A DNA stretch of 20,387 nt from an uncultured bacterium (GTDB lineage: Bacteria > Lernaellota > Lernaellaia > Lernaellales > Lernaellaceae), in contig CAZHPN010000108.1 of assembly GCA_964534375.1 (NCBI GenBank), positions 1 to 20,387 on the forward strand. The letters run 5' to 3'. The position numbers were made by a program, and so were the translations under genes. The notes beneath the pieces were generated by a model. The model saw only the letters and a program-made list of their open reading frames with translations. It was not told the DNA's origin and made no database searches. Positions 7,665 to 15,551 of this stretch are shown here, in pieces. The stretch's first letter is position 1; every line of letters begins with the position of its first letter.

Positions 7665-8564
7665 ATGGCGGGTTTCAAAACGAAATCGGTCCCTTTCGAC
7701 TATCAGGTGAAGGCCGATGGTCGGACGTTTGACGGACACGCGGCGGTTTTCAACAACCTCGATTCATACCGGGATCGGATTTTGCCCGGCGCCTTCGTCA
7801 AAACGATCAAAGAGGGCTTGCCGGCGAATCGGATCAAGGTGCTTTGGCAGCATTGTTGGGACCGGCCTATCGGGTTGCCCCTCAACATGAGCGAGGATTC
7901 GACGGGTCTGCTCGTCGAGGCGCGCGTGTCGGCCGTGCCGGACGGCGACATGGCGCTTCAACTGATGCGCGACAAGGTGGTTGACGCGCTCTCGATTGGC
8001 TACCGCACCGTCAAATTCAACCAGACAAACCCCGGCGACGGCACGCCGCCGATCACCGATCTCGTCGAATTGAAGCTGCGCGAGTTTTCGCCGGTCACAT
8101 TCGGCGCGAACGACCAAGCCCTGATTACAGGCGTGAAGGCGACCGAAACGTTGCGTCAAATTTTGAGCGACGACCCCCAGGCGGTCGCGGCTTTTCTCGC
8201 CGAACTGCAAGAGGCGCAGCGAAAGGCAAAGGCGGCGGGCAATCCCCCGCCGAACGTCGGCGACGTGAAAGCGGGGCGCATGATCTCGGCGGCAAACGCG
8301 AAGATCATCCAAGGCGCATGTGACGCGCTGGCCGCGACGGGCGGCGCGTTGAGCGATTGCAGCGATGCCTTGCAAGCACTCTTGGCCGACTCCGCCAGCG
8401 ACGACGACTCGGCGGCTGGCGGCGACGGGCAGCCCCCTGAGCCGGCTTCGACCACTCAGCAGGGCGACAAGCAAGAGCCGCTACCCTTCAACGTGGACCC
8501 GGCAGCGTTCCAGTCCGCGCTCGAAAAATTGGCAAAGCTGGCGAGCTTGGGACAGCGACCCTAG
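7665..8564 (+). CDS. HK97-family prohead protease with C-terminal scaffold-like extension
   Basis: FDGHAAVFNNLD, PGAF, catalytic His in VLWQH, catalytic Ser in DALSIGY, LREFSPVTFGAN. The extension contains KAGRMISAAN. GAGG SD. Confidence 0.93.
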   Translation: MAGFKTKSVPFDYQVKADGRTFDGHAAVFNNLDSYRDRILPGAFVKTIKEGLPANRIKVLWQHCWDRPIGLPLNMSEDSTGLLVEARVSAVPDGDMALQLMRDKVVDALSIGYRTVKFNQTNPGDGTPPITDLVELKLREFSPVTFGANDQALITGVKATETLRQILSDDPQAVAAFLAELQEAQRKAKAAGNPPPNVGDVKAGRMISAANAKIIQGACDALAATGGALSDCSDALQALLADSASDDDSAAGGDGQPPEPASTTQQGDKQEPLPFNVDPAAFQSALEKLAKLASLGQRP

Positions 8565-8631
8565 CGACAAACGGCCGCGGCCATTCGGCGGCGGTAAGTC
8601 TTCAACATCAAAACGGACGGGGGAAAGAAGC

Positions 8632-10059
8632 ATGACGGCCGAAGAACTGAAAAAACACTTCGACGACGCGATTGCGGCCCTGACGGCTTCGCTCGTGAAG
8701 CGCGACGAGGAAATCAAAAACCTCGGTGACGTGACGGCGGCGACGAAAAAGCAGTTGACGGACGCCGAAGGGCGATTCGACGCGATCACGGCGGAACTGG
8801 CGGGCGCGAAAAAGCGCGCCGACGACCTCGAACTCAAATTCGGGCGTCCCGGCATGGCCCGCGGCCACGGCGGCGAGCGCAAGAGCGCGGCCGATATGTT
8901 CACCGAGAGCGACGAATTCAAAAACATGATGACGAAGAATCTGCTGTCGTGCGGCGCGGTGCCGGTCGGCGACGGGTTCTCGCGGAAAGACTTGTCGGGC
9001 GCGAGCGGCAGCGCCGGCATGGTCGTCATTCCCGACATTCAGGCGACGGTCATCGTGCCGCCGCAGCGCCAGTTTTACTTGCGCGGCCTATTCGGCGGGC
9101 AAACGACCGTGAGCAACCTCGTGGAATTCATCTGCGAAACGGGCTTCGCAAATCTGTTCACGACCCTGGCGGCGGCGGCAGCGGCCGGTGCGCAGCAGAT
9201 CACGGTTGCCAGCGTCGCGGGCCTCTACCGCAACCAAAAGTTGTGGGTCGATGTCGAAGGCCCGTTCTCGATCTCCGACGTGGCGACGGACGGCTCGAAC
9301 GTCGTGTCGCTGAACGCGCCGCTGGTGTCCGCGAAGGTCGCCGGCATGTCGGTCGTGTCGAACACCTACGGCCCGAAGGCCGAAGGGACCGACGCGCCCG
9401 AAATGAACATCACCTACGACCGGCAGACGGTCCCGGTGAAAACCCTTTCGTCCTGGGTGCCTGTGACGCGCCAAATCCTGCTGGACGCGCCGCAGTTGAA
9501 CGCGCTCATCAACATCAAGCTGGCCTACGGCTTGAAGATCACCGAAGAAGAGCAGTTTTTGTACGGCGACGGGACCGGCGAAAGCCTGCTCGGCGTCCTG
9601 AATACCCCGAGCATTCAGCATTACGCCTGGTCGTCGGGCGTCAAGACGGACACGAAAATCGACGCGCTGCGCCGCGCGATGACACTCGCCCGGTTGGCTC
9701 ACTACCCGGTCGATGGCATCATTCTGCACCCCTATGACCTGGAAAGCATCGAACTCATCAAGGACACGATGGGCCGGTACATTTGGGTCAACGTGAACGA
9801 CGGCGGCGTGCCGCGGTTCTGGCGCGTCCCGGCTCTCGAAACCGAAGCGATCCGGCCGGGAACCTCGCTGCTCGGCGCGTTCTCCCTCGGCGCGGCGGTC
9901 GTGGACCGCGAGCAGACCACCGTGCGCGTGAGCGATTCGCACAGCGACTTTTTCGTGAAGGGCAAGATGGCAATTCTGGTCGAGGAACGGCTGGCGCTGA
10001 AAGTCGAGCGGCCGGAAGCGTTCGTCGAAGTCGCCTTCGACGCGCCCCCCTCGTACTAA
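8632..10059 (+). CDS. Major capsid protein, HK97 gp5 family (475 aa) with delta domain and E-loop insertion
   Basis: GGGGGA SD-like sequence before ATG 8632. Coiled-coil N-terminus with probable cleavage at RK119/DLS. Motifs VKTLSSWVPVTRQILLDAPQL, GDGTG, KDTMGRYI and EERLAL are colinear with HK97 gp5. Confidence 0.95.
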   Translation: MTAEELKKHFDDAIAALTASLVKRDEEIKNLGDVTAATKKQLTDAEGRFDAITAELAGAKKRADDLELKFGRPGMARGHGGERKSAADMFTESDEFKNMMTKNLLSCGAVPVGDGFSRKDLSGASGSAGMVVIPDIQATVIVPPQRQFYLRGLFGGQTTVSNLVEFICETGFANLFTTLAAAAAAGAQQITVASVAGLYRNQKLWVDVEGPFSISDVATDGSNVVSLNAPLVSAKVAGMSVVSNTYGPKAEGTDAPEMNITYDRQTVPVKTLSSWVPVTRQILLDAPQLNALINIKLAYGLKITEEEQFLYGDGTGESLLGVLNTPSIQHYAWSSGVKTDTKIDALRRAMTLARLAHYPVDGIILHPYDLESIELIKDTMGRYIWVNVNDGGVPRFWRVPALETEAIRPGTSLLGAFSLGAAVVDREQTTVRVSDSHSDFFVKGKMAILVEERLALKVERPEAFVEVAFDAPPSY

Positions 10060-10069
10060 CCGACCTCCG

Positions 10070-10097
10070 CGAAGGGCGTTAGCGATAACGCCTTTCG
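10070..10097 (+). other. Stable RNA hairpin with GNRA loop after the capsid gene
   Basis: CGAAGGGCGTTA-GCGA-TAACGCCTTTCG, a 12-bp stem with one G-U pair. Confidence 0.7.
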
Positions 10098-10112
10098 ATC
10101 CTGGGTGGTGGT

Positions 10113-10147
10113 GGGGCCGCGTCTGGTCAACGCGGCCCCTTCTTTTC
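10113..10147 (+). terminator. Intrinsic terminator after the major capsid gene
   Basis: GGGGCCGCGT-CTGGTCA-ACGCGGCCCC followed by TTCTTTT. Confidence 0.75.
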
Positions 10148-10177
10148 CCAAACCTAATTCAACGGGGAGCAGAAAAA

Positions 10178-10372
10178 ATGACAAACGTGCAGCGAATTCT
10201 TACCGCGGCTATGACCAACAACCCGAAGGGGGGAATTGCGGCGCTCGCCGGCATCGCCGTCGAGATCGCCACGGTTCCGAATATCTCGTCAACGGCCGTT
10301 CAAGTTTTCAACGGCGCCTCGGTCGTGATTCTGGCGCTCGCCAGCGTCGTGCCGGGCACGATTATTCAGTAA
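10178..10372 (+). CDS. Small holin-like membrane protein (64 aa)
   Basis: GGGGAG SD, two hydrophobic segments after NNPKGG, directly upstream of a peptidoglycan peptidase. Confidence 0.55.
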   Translation: MTNVQRILTAAMTNNPKGGIAALAGIAVEIATVPNISSTAVQVFNGASVVILALASVVPGTIIQ

Positions 10373-10388
10373 AGGGACGGGGAAAAAC

Positions 10389-10808
10389 ATGCAGGGAACA
10401 TTAGACGTTGCCGCGAAATATCTTGGCGTTGCCGAAGCGCCGGCGGGCGCGGCCCCGAATCCGACCATCCTCAAATTTCAGGCGGTCGTTCACAACCCGG
10501 CCGACGACGAAGTGCCTTGGTGCGCCGCTTTCGCCAACGACGTTTTGAGCGAGGCGGGCATCGAGGGAACGAACAAGCCGAATGCGCGCTCGTTCATGGA
10601 TTGGGGCGTCGAAACCGACAATCCCGAACCGGGCGACATTGTGGTTTTCTGGCGCGGCGACCCGAACGGCTGGCAGGGCCACGTTGCGTTTTTCGTGGAA
10701 TTTCTCGAAGGCGCGCTGGTCCGCGTACTCGGCGGCAACCAGCACGACAGCGTTTGCTATGCGAATTTCCCGACCGCGCGTGTTTTGGGTTATCGGCGCG
10801 CGGCGTGA
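10389..10808 (+). CDS. NlpC/P60-like (TIGR02594-type) peptidoglycan peptidase, putative endolysin
   Basis: Family motifs DEVPWCAAF (catalytic Cys), ARSF, PGDIVVF, GHVAF (catalytic His), LGGNQ. Confidence 0.88.
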   Translation: MQGTLDVAAKYLGVAEAPAGAAPNPTILKFQAVVHNPADDEVPWCAAFANDVLSEAGIEGTNKPNARSFMDWGVETDNPEPGDIVVFWRGDPNGWQGHVAFFVEFLEGALVRVLGGNQHDSVCYANFPTARVLGYRRAA

Positions 10809-10826
10809 ACGAAAGAACGGACGGAA

Positions 10827-11228
10827 ATGCAAAACACGAACATGGGCGCGCCGACCAGATTGCGCGCCCTTCGGTCGTTCACGAATCGCACGCCCATCGC
10901 GACCGGCTATCGCGTGCTGCGAATCAGCGCGGGCGCGGTGTTCACGGTAACGTGGCGGCGCGCGGCCGAACTCATCGCGGCGAAAATGGCGGTCGTCTAT
11001 CGGGACGACGACGTGCCGGCGAAACCGCGGCGGGAAACGCCCCACGACGCGCCGCACGGCCCGCAGGATGAGACTTTCGAGACCAAGGCGAATACGGCGA
11101 CGGGCGAACCGCTCGTCGTGCAGAACGGCGTCCCTGGGAAGCGTGGCCGCGGCCGTCCTTCCAACGCGGAACGTGCGGCCTGGGCGGCGGCTGAGGCAGC
11201 GGCCGGGGGCGGCGGGAGCATCCCATGA
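10827..11228 (+). CDS. Small head-associated protein with C-terminal AT-hook-like motif
   Basis: N-domain (RALRSF...GAVFTV...AAELIAAKMA) resembles the small proteins usually encoded right after HK97-type capsids. Disordered tail with KRGRGRPS. Confidence 0.65.
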   Translation: MQNTNMGAPTRLRALRSFTNRTPIATGYRVLRISAGAVFTVTWRRAAELIAAKMAVVYRDDDVPAKPRRETPHDAPHGPQDETFETKANTATGEPLVVQNGVPGKRGRGRPSNAERAAWAAAEAAAGGGGSIP

Positions 11229-11818
11229 TCGACGACCAAAACGAGTGCATCGGCGACAACGGCAACGGGACCGGGGGCAACCAAACCATCGGCGTGCTCG
11301 ATTGCATCTACGGGGAGCGGCGCGTGCCTCTCAAGCCGCCCCCGCCACTCACGGCAATCAACGACCGTTTCGCTATTTCGCTCGACGACGTGCGCGGCTG
11401 GCTTGAATTGCCGGCGTCGTATGACGACGCCTCGCCGGAAAACAAACGCCTCGTGATGATGGCGACGGTCGCAAAGCAGATCGCCGATTCGTTTTGCAAC
11501 AATCCTTTCGTCGATGACCAGGATGCGCCCCTGCCGATCCCCGAAGGCGTGCAGTTTGCGGTGATGAACCTGATTGCCGACCTGTATTGGGAACACAAAG
11601 CGCGGGCGAAAAAGCAGCAGCAGGCGGGCGGCGCCGTGACGCAACGGCGCGCGGGCGAATTGTCGGAAAGCTACGCGGCGGCGGAAAAAACCGAACTGTC
11701 CGCGACGGTTCAAAACGCGCTCTTGCCCTATCGGCTGATGCCGCGCAGCCGCGAGGTCAAGCGGATTACGCGCCTGCCTCTCACGAGCATGAGCGTCATC
11801 CCGGAGAACGGCATGTGA
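11225..11818 (+). CDS. Head-tail connector/adaptor (HK97 gp6-like)
   Basis: ISLDDVRGWL, PIPEGVQFAVMNLIADLY, GELSESY and LLPYR motifs; syntenic position. Confidence 0.8.
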   Translation: MIDDQNECIGDNGNGTGGNQTIGVLDCIYGERRVPLKPPPPLTAINDRFAISLDDVRGWLELPASYDDASPENKRLVMMATVAKQIADSFCNNPFVDDQDAPLPIPEGVQFAVMNLIADLYWEHKARAKKQQQAGGAVTQRRAGELSESYAAAEKTELSATVQNALLPYRLMPRSREVKRITRLPLTSMSVIPENGM

Positions 11819-11819
11819 A

Positions 11820-12368
11820 ATGGGCGGCGACGCGACGACGGACACCGACCGCGGGTGGATCAAAATATCGGAAGCGGCCGAAGCCCTGGCAAAGAGCGCG
11901 GTCGAGGTCGGCATCTTCGGCGGCATTCACAATCTGCTCGGCCAGTCCATCGCCGATTACGCGATCGACAACGAATTCGGCGCGCCGAAGGCGCACATTC
12001 CCGAACGGTCGTTCGTTCGGGCGACGGTGGACCGCAACCGCGGAAAATACGACAAGTTGGTTGACCAGCTAATCGACGACATTCTCGAAGGGCGCGGGAC
12101 CGTGCAGGGCGGTCTCGTCATCCTGGGGATGATGGTCCAGAACGACATAAAGCTGTTCATCACGAACTTTCGCAGCCCGGCCGACGCTCCGGCGACGATT
12201 CTGAAAAAGCTGAACCGGCACGACTTCAAGCGTTTCAAGAAGCTCGGCGTGCTGCCGATTGGCGCGAACCATCCCTTGATTGATACGGGCGCGATGCGAA
12301 ACGCGGTGTTATTCCGCGTCATCGACACGACGGGCGGCGGGCAAGAGCCGGCCGGCGAAGGGGCATGA
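11820..12368 (+). CDS. Neck / virion morphogenesis protein
   Basis: NEFG...IPERSFVR, PATI and PLIDTGAMRNAV motifs typical of myovirus neck genes. Confidence 0.82.
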   Translation: MGGDATTDTDRGWIKISEAAEALAKSAVEVGIFGGIHNLLGQSIADYAIDNEFGAPKAHIPERSFVRATVDRNRGKYDKLVDQLIDDILEGRGTVQGGLVILGMMVQNDIKLFITNFRSPADAPATILKKLNRHDFKRFKKLGVLPIGANHPLIDTGAMRNAVLFRVIDTTGGGQEPAGEGA

Positions 12369-12724
12369 AAATGGTTTTCTTTCTGCTCGCCCCTTTCTCG
12401 GAAGTGTTCTTGCTGCGCCGAACCGCGCCCGGTGTGTTTATCAAAGGGCGATGGGTCGAGGGCGCGACGACGGAAACGCCAGTGACCGGAAGCGTCCAGC
12501 AAGCCAACGACCGCGACATTCAACTGCTGCCGGAAGGCTTGCGCACGAACGAAACGCTCAAGATTTTCACCGAAGTCGAGATTAAGACGGAAAACCAACC
12601 GGCTCACCAAAGCGCCGACGTGATCGTGCGTAAGGGCGTCGAGTATTTAGTGATGAGCGCGGCGACGTTCGGCGCGCCGCTGCCTCACTGGCGCGTCCTG
12701 GCGCGCAAGATCGAGGGACAATGA
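12365..12724 (+). CDS. Head-closure / head-tail joining protein
   Basis: GRWVEG, GSVQ and DIQLLPEGLR motifs; 119 aa; syntenic position. Confidence 0.75.
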   Translation: MKMVFFLLAPFSEVFLLRRTAPGVFIKGRWVEGATTETPVTGSVQQANDRDIQLLPEGLRTNETLKIFTEVEIKTENQPAHQSADVIVRKGVEYLVMSAATFGAPLPHWRVLARKIEGQ

Positions 12725-12906
12725 GCCTTGCAGACGCCCCCACCGCGAAAAACAGCGCGGACGACGACCGCCGGGCGCGCGGCGAAAAAACGATCATTCA
12801 AAGATTCGCGGCCCTCTTGCACGAGGGGGTCGGCCGACCGTGGCGACCGCGCGTGAAACTCGAAGGCGCGACGGCGCATGAACAACGAGAGCGCCGGGGG
12901 CAATAA
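12721..12906 (+). CDS. Hypothetical protein (61 aa)
   Basis: Fills the gap exactly, with an ATGA overlap upstream and a TAATG overlap downstream. GAGG SD. Confidence 0.5.
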   Translation: MSLADAPTAKNSADDDRRARGEKTIIQRFAALLHEGVGRPWRPRVKLEGATAHEQRERRGQ

Positions 12907-13769
12907 TGGCAACGCGCAGACAAATCGAGGACGCGCTGCACGCCTGGTTTGTCGCGGCGACGGGGTACGACGCCGCTCAAGTCATTTGGGCGAATCAAAG
13001 CGCGGTCCCGCCTGAATTGCCTTACGCGACGTTGCAGATCATCGCCGGCCCGACCAGCATCGGCATCTTCGACGACTTATCGACGCCGCCGCGGGGTTCG
13101 CCCTCGGCGGAAGTCATCTTGTCGGGCGTGCGCGAGCAAACGCTGTCCTGCCGGCTGTTCGGCGACGGCGCGAGCGACAAAGCGGAGTTAGTGAATTCTG
13201 CTTTGAGCGAGCCGATTCCGTCGAGCAACTTGCAAGCGGCGCAGATCGTGACGTTCACGCTCAACCGGGGAGAATACTACGCGGCCCATCTCGTAACCCT
13301 CGGCGGCGTCGAGATCGTCGTGCCGGCCGTTCTTTCCTTAATAACCAGCGTCACTCGCGCGCTCTTGGTCGAAAAGATCAACGCAAATCGTTGGTGTAAG
13401 GAAAACAACCTGCACGCCGCCAAGGTCGCGGGACACGGCAACCATCACGAATTCACGGTTACGTCGCGCCGCGGCTGCGAGTTTTCTTTTTCGGCGGGCG
13501 CGACGATGACGGCGGCGTTGACGCAAGCGGCAACCGACATTTCGCTCATCGACACGCCGGCCGGGGTCGTGGACCTGGGCGTGCAACGTGAAACCGACTT
13601 CGAGGACGCGGCGAACATCGACGTGCGCTTTTACATTTCCAAGCACCGCGTCGTGGTCGGCGTTTCGACCATCGAGAGCGTCGAGATCGGCGCAAAGCTA
13701 TTCACTGACGCGGCCGGAACCCGCCACGCCAATAAATTTACTTCGGTTGTCGCACCGAAAACCGAATAA
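12906..13769 (+). CDS. Neck/tail terminator protein with ~97-aa insertion
   Basis: VIWANQ..P..PYATL at the N-terminus and DFEDAANIDVRF...IESVEI at the C-terminus; directly precedes the sheath gene. Confidence 0.75.
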   Translation: MATRRQIEDALHAWFVAATGYDAAQVIWANQSAVPPELPYATLQIIAGPTSIGIFDDLSTPPRGSPSAEVILSGVREQTLSCRLFGDGASDKAELVNSALSEPIPSSNLQAAQIVTFTLNRGEYYAAHLVTLGGVEIVVPAVLSLITSVTRALLVEKINANRWCKENNLHAAKVAGHGNHHEFTVTSRRGCEFSFSAGATMTAALTQAATDISLIDTPAGVVDLGVQRETDFEDAANIDVRFYISKHRVVVGVSTIESVEIGAKLFTDAAGTRHANKFTSVVAPKTE

Positions 13770-13792
13770 CAACGAAATCAGGAGGCCGGAAA

Positions 13793-15478
13793 ATGGGCGC
13801 GTTGACAGACGTCTGTAATGTGAACATCAGCTTGCAGGGCGCCGGCGTGACGCAAGAAGGTTTCGGCACGCTGCTCTGCCTGACGCCGCACGTCGCTTGG
13901 ACGGATCGCGTGAGAGAGTACGCGAGCGCGGCCGACATGCTCACGGACGGGTTCAAACAGTCGGATGCGGCATATCAGGCCGCGGAGATTTATTTCTCGC
14001 CCCTCGTCAACGCGCCGACCAACATCAAAATCGGACGTGTGGCCGTGCAAAAGGTGGCGGTCGCGTTCAGGCAGAGCGTACCTGACCCCACGGTTCCGGG
14101 GACAACGTATACGCTGACGATCAACGGGCGGCCCTGTTCATATACCGCTCCCTCCAATGCCGACCACTCGCAAACAATGGCTTTCGACGGCATCGCCGCG
14201 GCAATCAGCGCGGCATTTCCGGGGGGCGATATTACTACGCGCGTCATGGGGCCGGGATCGGGCATCGTGTTTATGCTCATCCAGAACACCACCGGCGAGC
14301 CGTGGACCGTCGCGCCGGATTCACACCTTCTGATGGCCGTGGGCGGGATCGAGGTTTCGACTAAGAGCATCGGCGTCGGCGACTATTCGTTGACGGCATT
14401 CGGCAAGACGGCAACATACACCGCGGGCAGCAACGACACCGAAGATACGATTCTCGCAGGACTGGCGGCGGCGACCAACATGCAGGGCGCGCCGTATTTC
14501 GCAATCGTGGCCGACGGCAACACGCTGCTGCTGATGTGCTACCCCGGCGACGACACGATTGACCCGATTCAGATGCAGCAAACCATGTCGGCATACGCCG
14601 TGAGCGACAATCTCAACGTCGTCGATTTCGTCGGCGAAACGGTCGCCGCGGCCCTGGCGGCGTGCGTTGACGCCGACTCGGATTTCTACGGCGTGATGGT
14701 CACGACGCGCTCGGCCGACGTGCAGCTTGCCGCGGCGGAATGGATCGAACAGAGCGGTCGTTTGTACGGCACGGCGAGCGCCGACCCGGCTGTTTCCGGC
14801 ACGACGCCCCAGGCCGACACGACCAGCATCGCGGCGCAACTGATGGCCTTGCAGCGTTACCGCACCTGGGGCTTGGACGACCCGAACGCGAACGGCGGGA
14901 ACGGCGACCCCTGGCCCGAAGCGGCTTGGTTCGCCGCCATGCTCCCGATCGACCTCGACGAAGCCACGGCGACGTGGAAGTTCAAGCAACTGGCCGGCGT
15001 GGCGGTCCCGAAGCACACGACGAATCAGATTGCGAATCTCGTCGGCAACCCGCAGCTCGGCAGCGGCGGGAAAAACTGGAATCTCTACGACAGCATCGGC
15101 GGTCAGGGCATCACGCGCGAGGGCAAAGTCTGCGCCGGCGAGTGGATCGACATTATCATGGGGCGCGATTGGCTCGAAGCGCGCATGACCGAGGCGGTTT
15201 TCAACGTGCTGCTCACGTCGGCAAAGGTGCCGTTCACGGACGGCGGCGTTGCGCTCGTGGTCAACCAGATCATCGCGTGCCTCAAGACCGCTTTCAACAC
15301 GCAGTTTTTGGCCTTTGACAGCACCCTCGGCAACCTCGGTTTCTCGCTGACCGTGCCGGCCGTTCTGGACATGAACCCGACCGATCGTTCCAACCGCGTG
15401 TTGAAGGGGATCACTTGGTCGGCGCGCGTCGCCGGCGCGATTCACGTCGCGGACCTGAACGGCGCGATTGCGGCGTAA
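13793..15478 (+). CDS. Tail sheath protein (DUF3383-like)
   Basis: AGGAGG SD. Motifs GFGTLL, YQAAEIYFS, IKIGR, TWKFKQLAGV, GEWIDIIMGRDWL, KVPFTDGG, AGAIH. Confidence 0.9.
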   Translation: MGALTDVCNVNISLQGAGVTQEGFGTLLCLTPHVAWTDRVREYASAADMLTDGFKQSDAAYQAAEIYFSPLVNAPTNIKIGRVAVQKVAVAFRQSVPDPTVPGTTYTLTINGRPCSYTAPSNADHSQTMAFDGIAAAISAAFPGGDITTRVMGPGSGIVFMLIQNTTGEPWTVAPDSHLLMAVGGIEVSTKSIGVGDYSLTAFGKTATYTAGSNDTEDTILAGLAAATNMQGAPYFAIVADGNTLLLMCYPGDDTIDPIQMQQTMSAYAVSDNLNVVDFVGETVAAALAACVDADSDFYGVMVTTRSADVQLAAAEWIEQSGRLYGTASADPAVSGTTPQADTTSIAAQLMALQRYRTWGLDDPNANGGNGDPWPEAAWFAAMLPIDLDEATATWKFKQLAGVAVPKHTTNQIANLVGNPQLGSGGKNWNLYDSIGGQGITREGKVCAGEWIDIIMGRDWLEARMTEAVFNVLLTSAKVPFTDGGVALVVNQIIACLKTAFNTQFLAFDSTLGNLGFSLTVPAVLDMNPTDRSNRVLKGITWSARVAGAIHVADLNGAIAA

Positions 15479-15515
15479 CGGCGCCGCGCCCGCGGCGGGG
15501 CAACCACGCAACAAC

Positions 15516-15551
15516 AAGCGGGCCTGATGCTATTCAGGCCCGCTTTCTTTT
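15516..15551 (+). terminator. Intrinsic terminator between sheath and tube genes
   Basis: AAGCGGGCCTGA-TGCTAT-TCAGGCCCGCTT, a perfect 12-bp stem, followed by TCTTTT. Confidence 0.75.

Noticed and set aside
8365..8631. 89-aa N-terminal extension of the capsid ORF given by the track
   Set aside because: It overlaps the protease gene out of frame and has shadow-like composition. ATG 8632 has an SD-like sequence and starts the coiled-coil delta domain. Only the last ~23 codons matter, for the tentative +1 frameshift.
10042..10180. CCC CCC near the capsid stop, with the +1 frame open into the 64-aa membrane gene
   Set aside because: Not a canonical slippery heptamer or shifty stop. The linker crosses two hairpins including a terminator, and a capsid-holin fusion is implausible.
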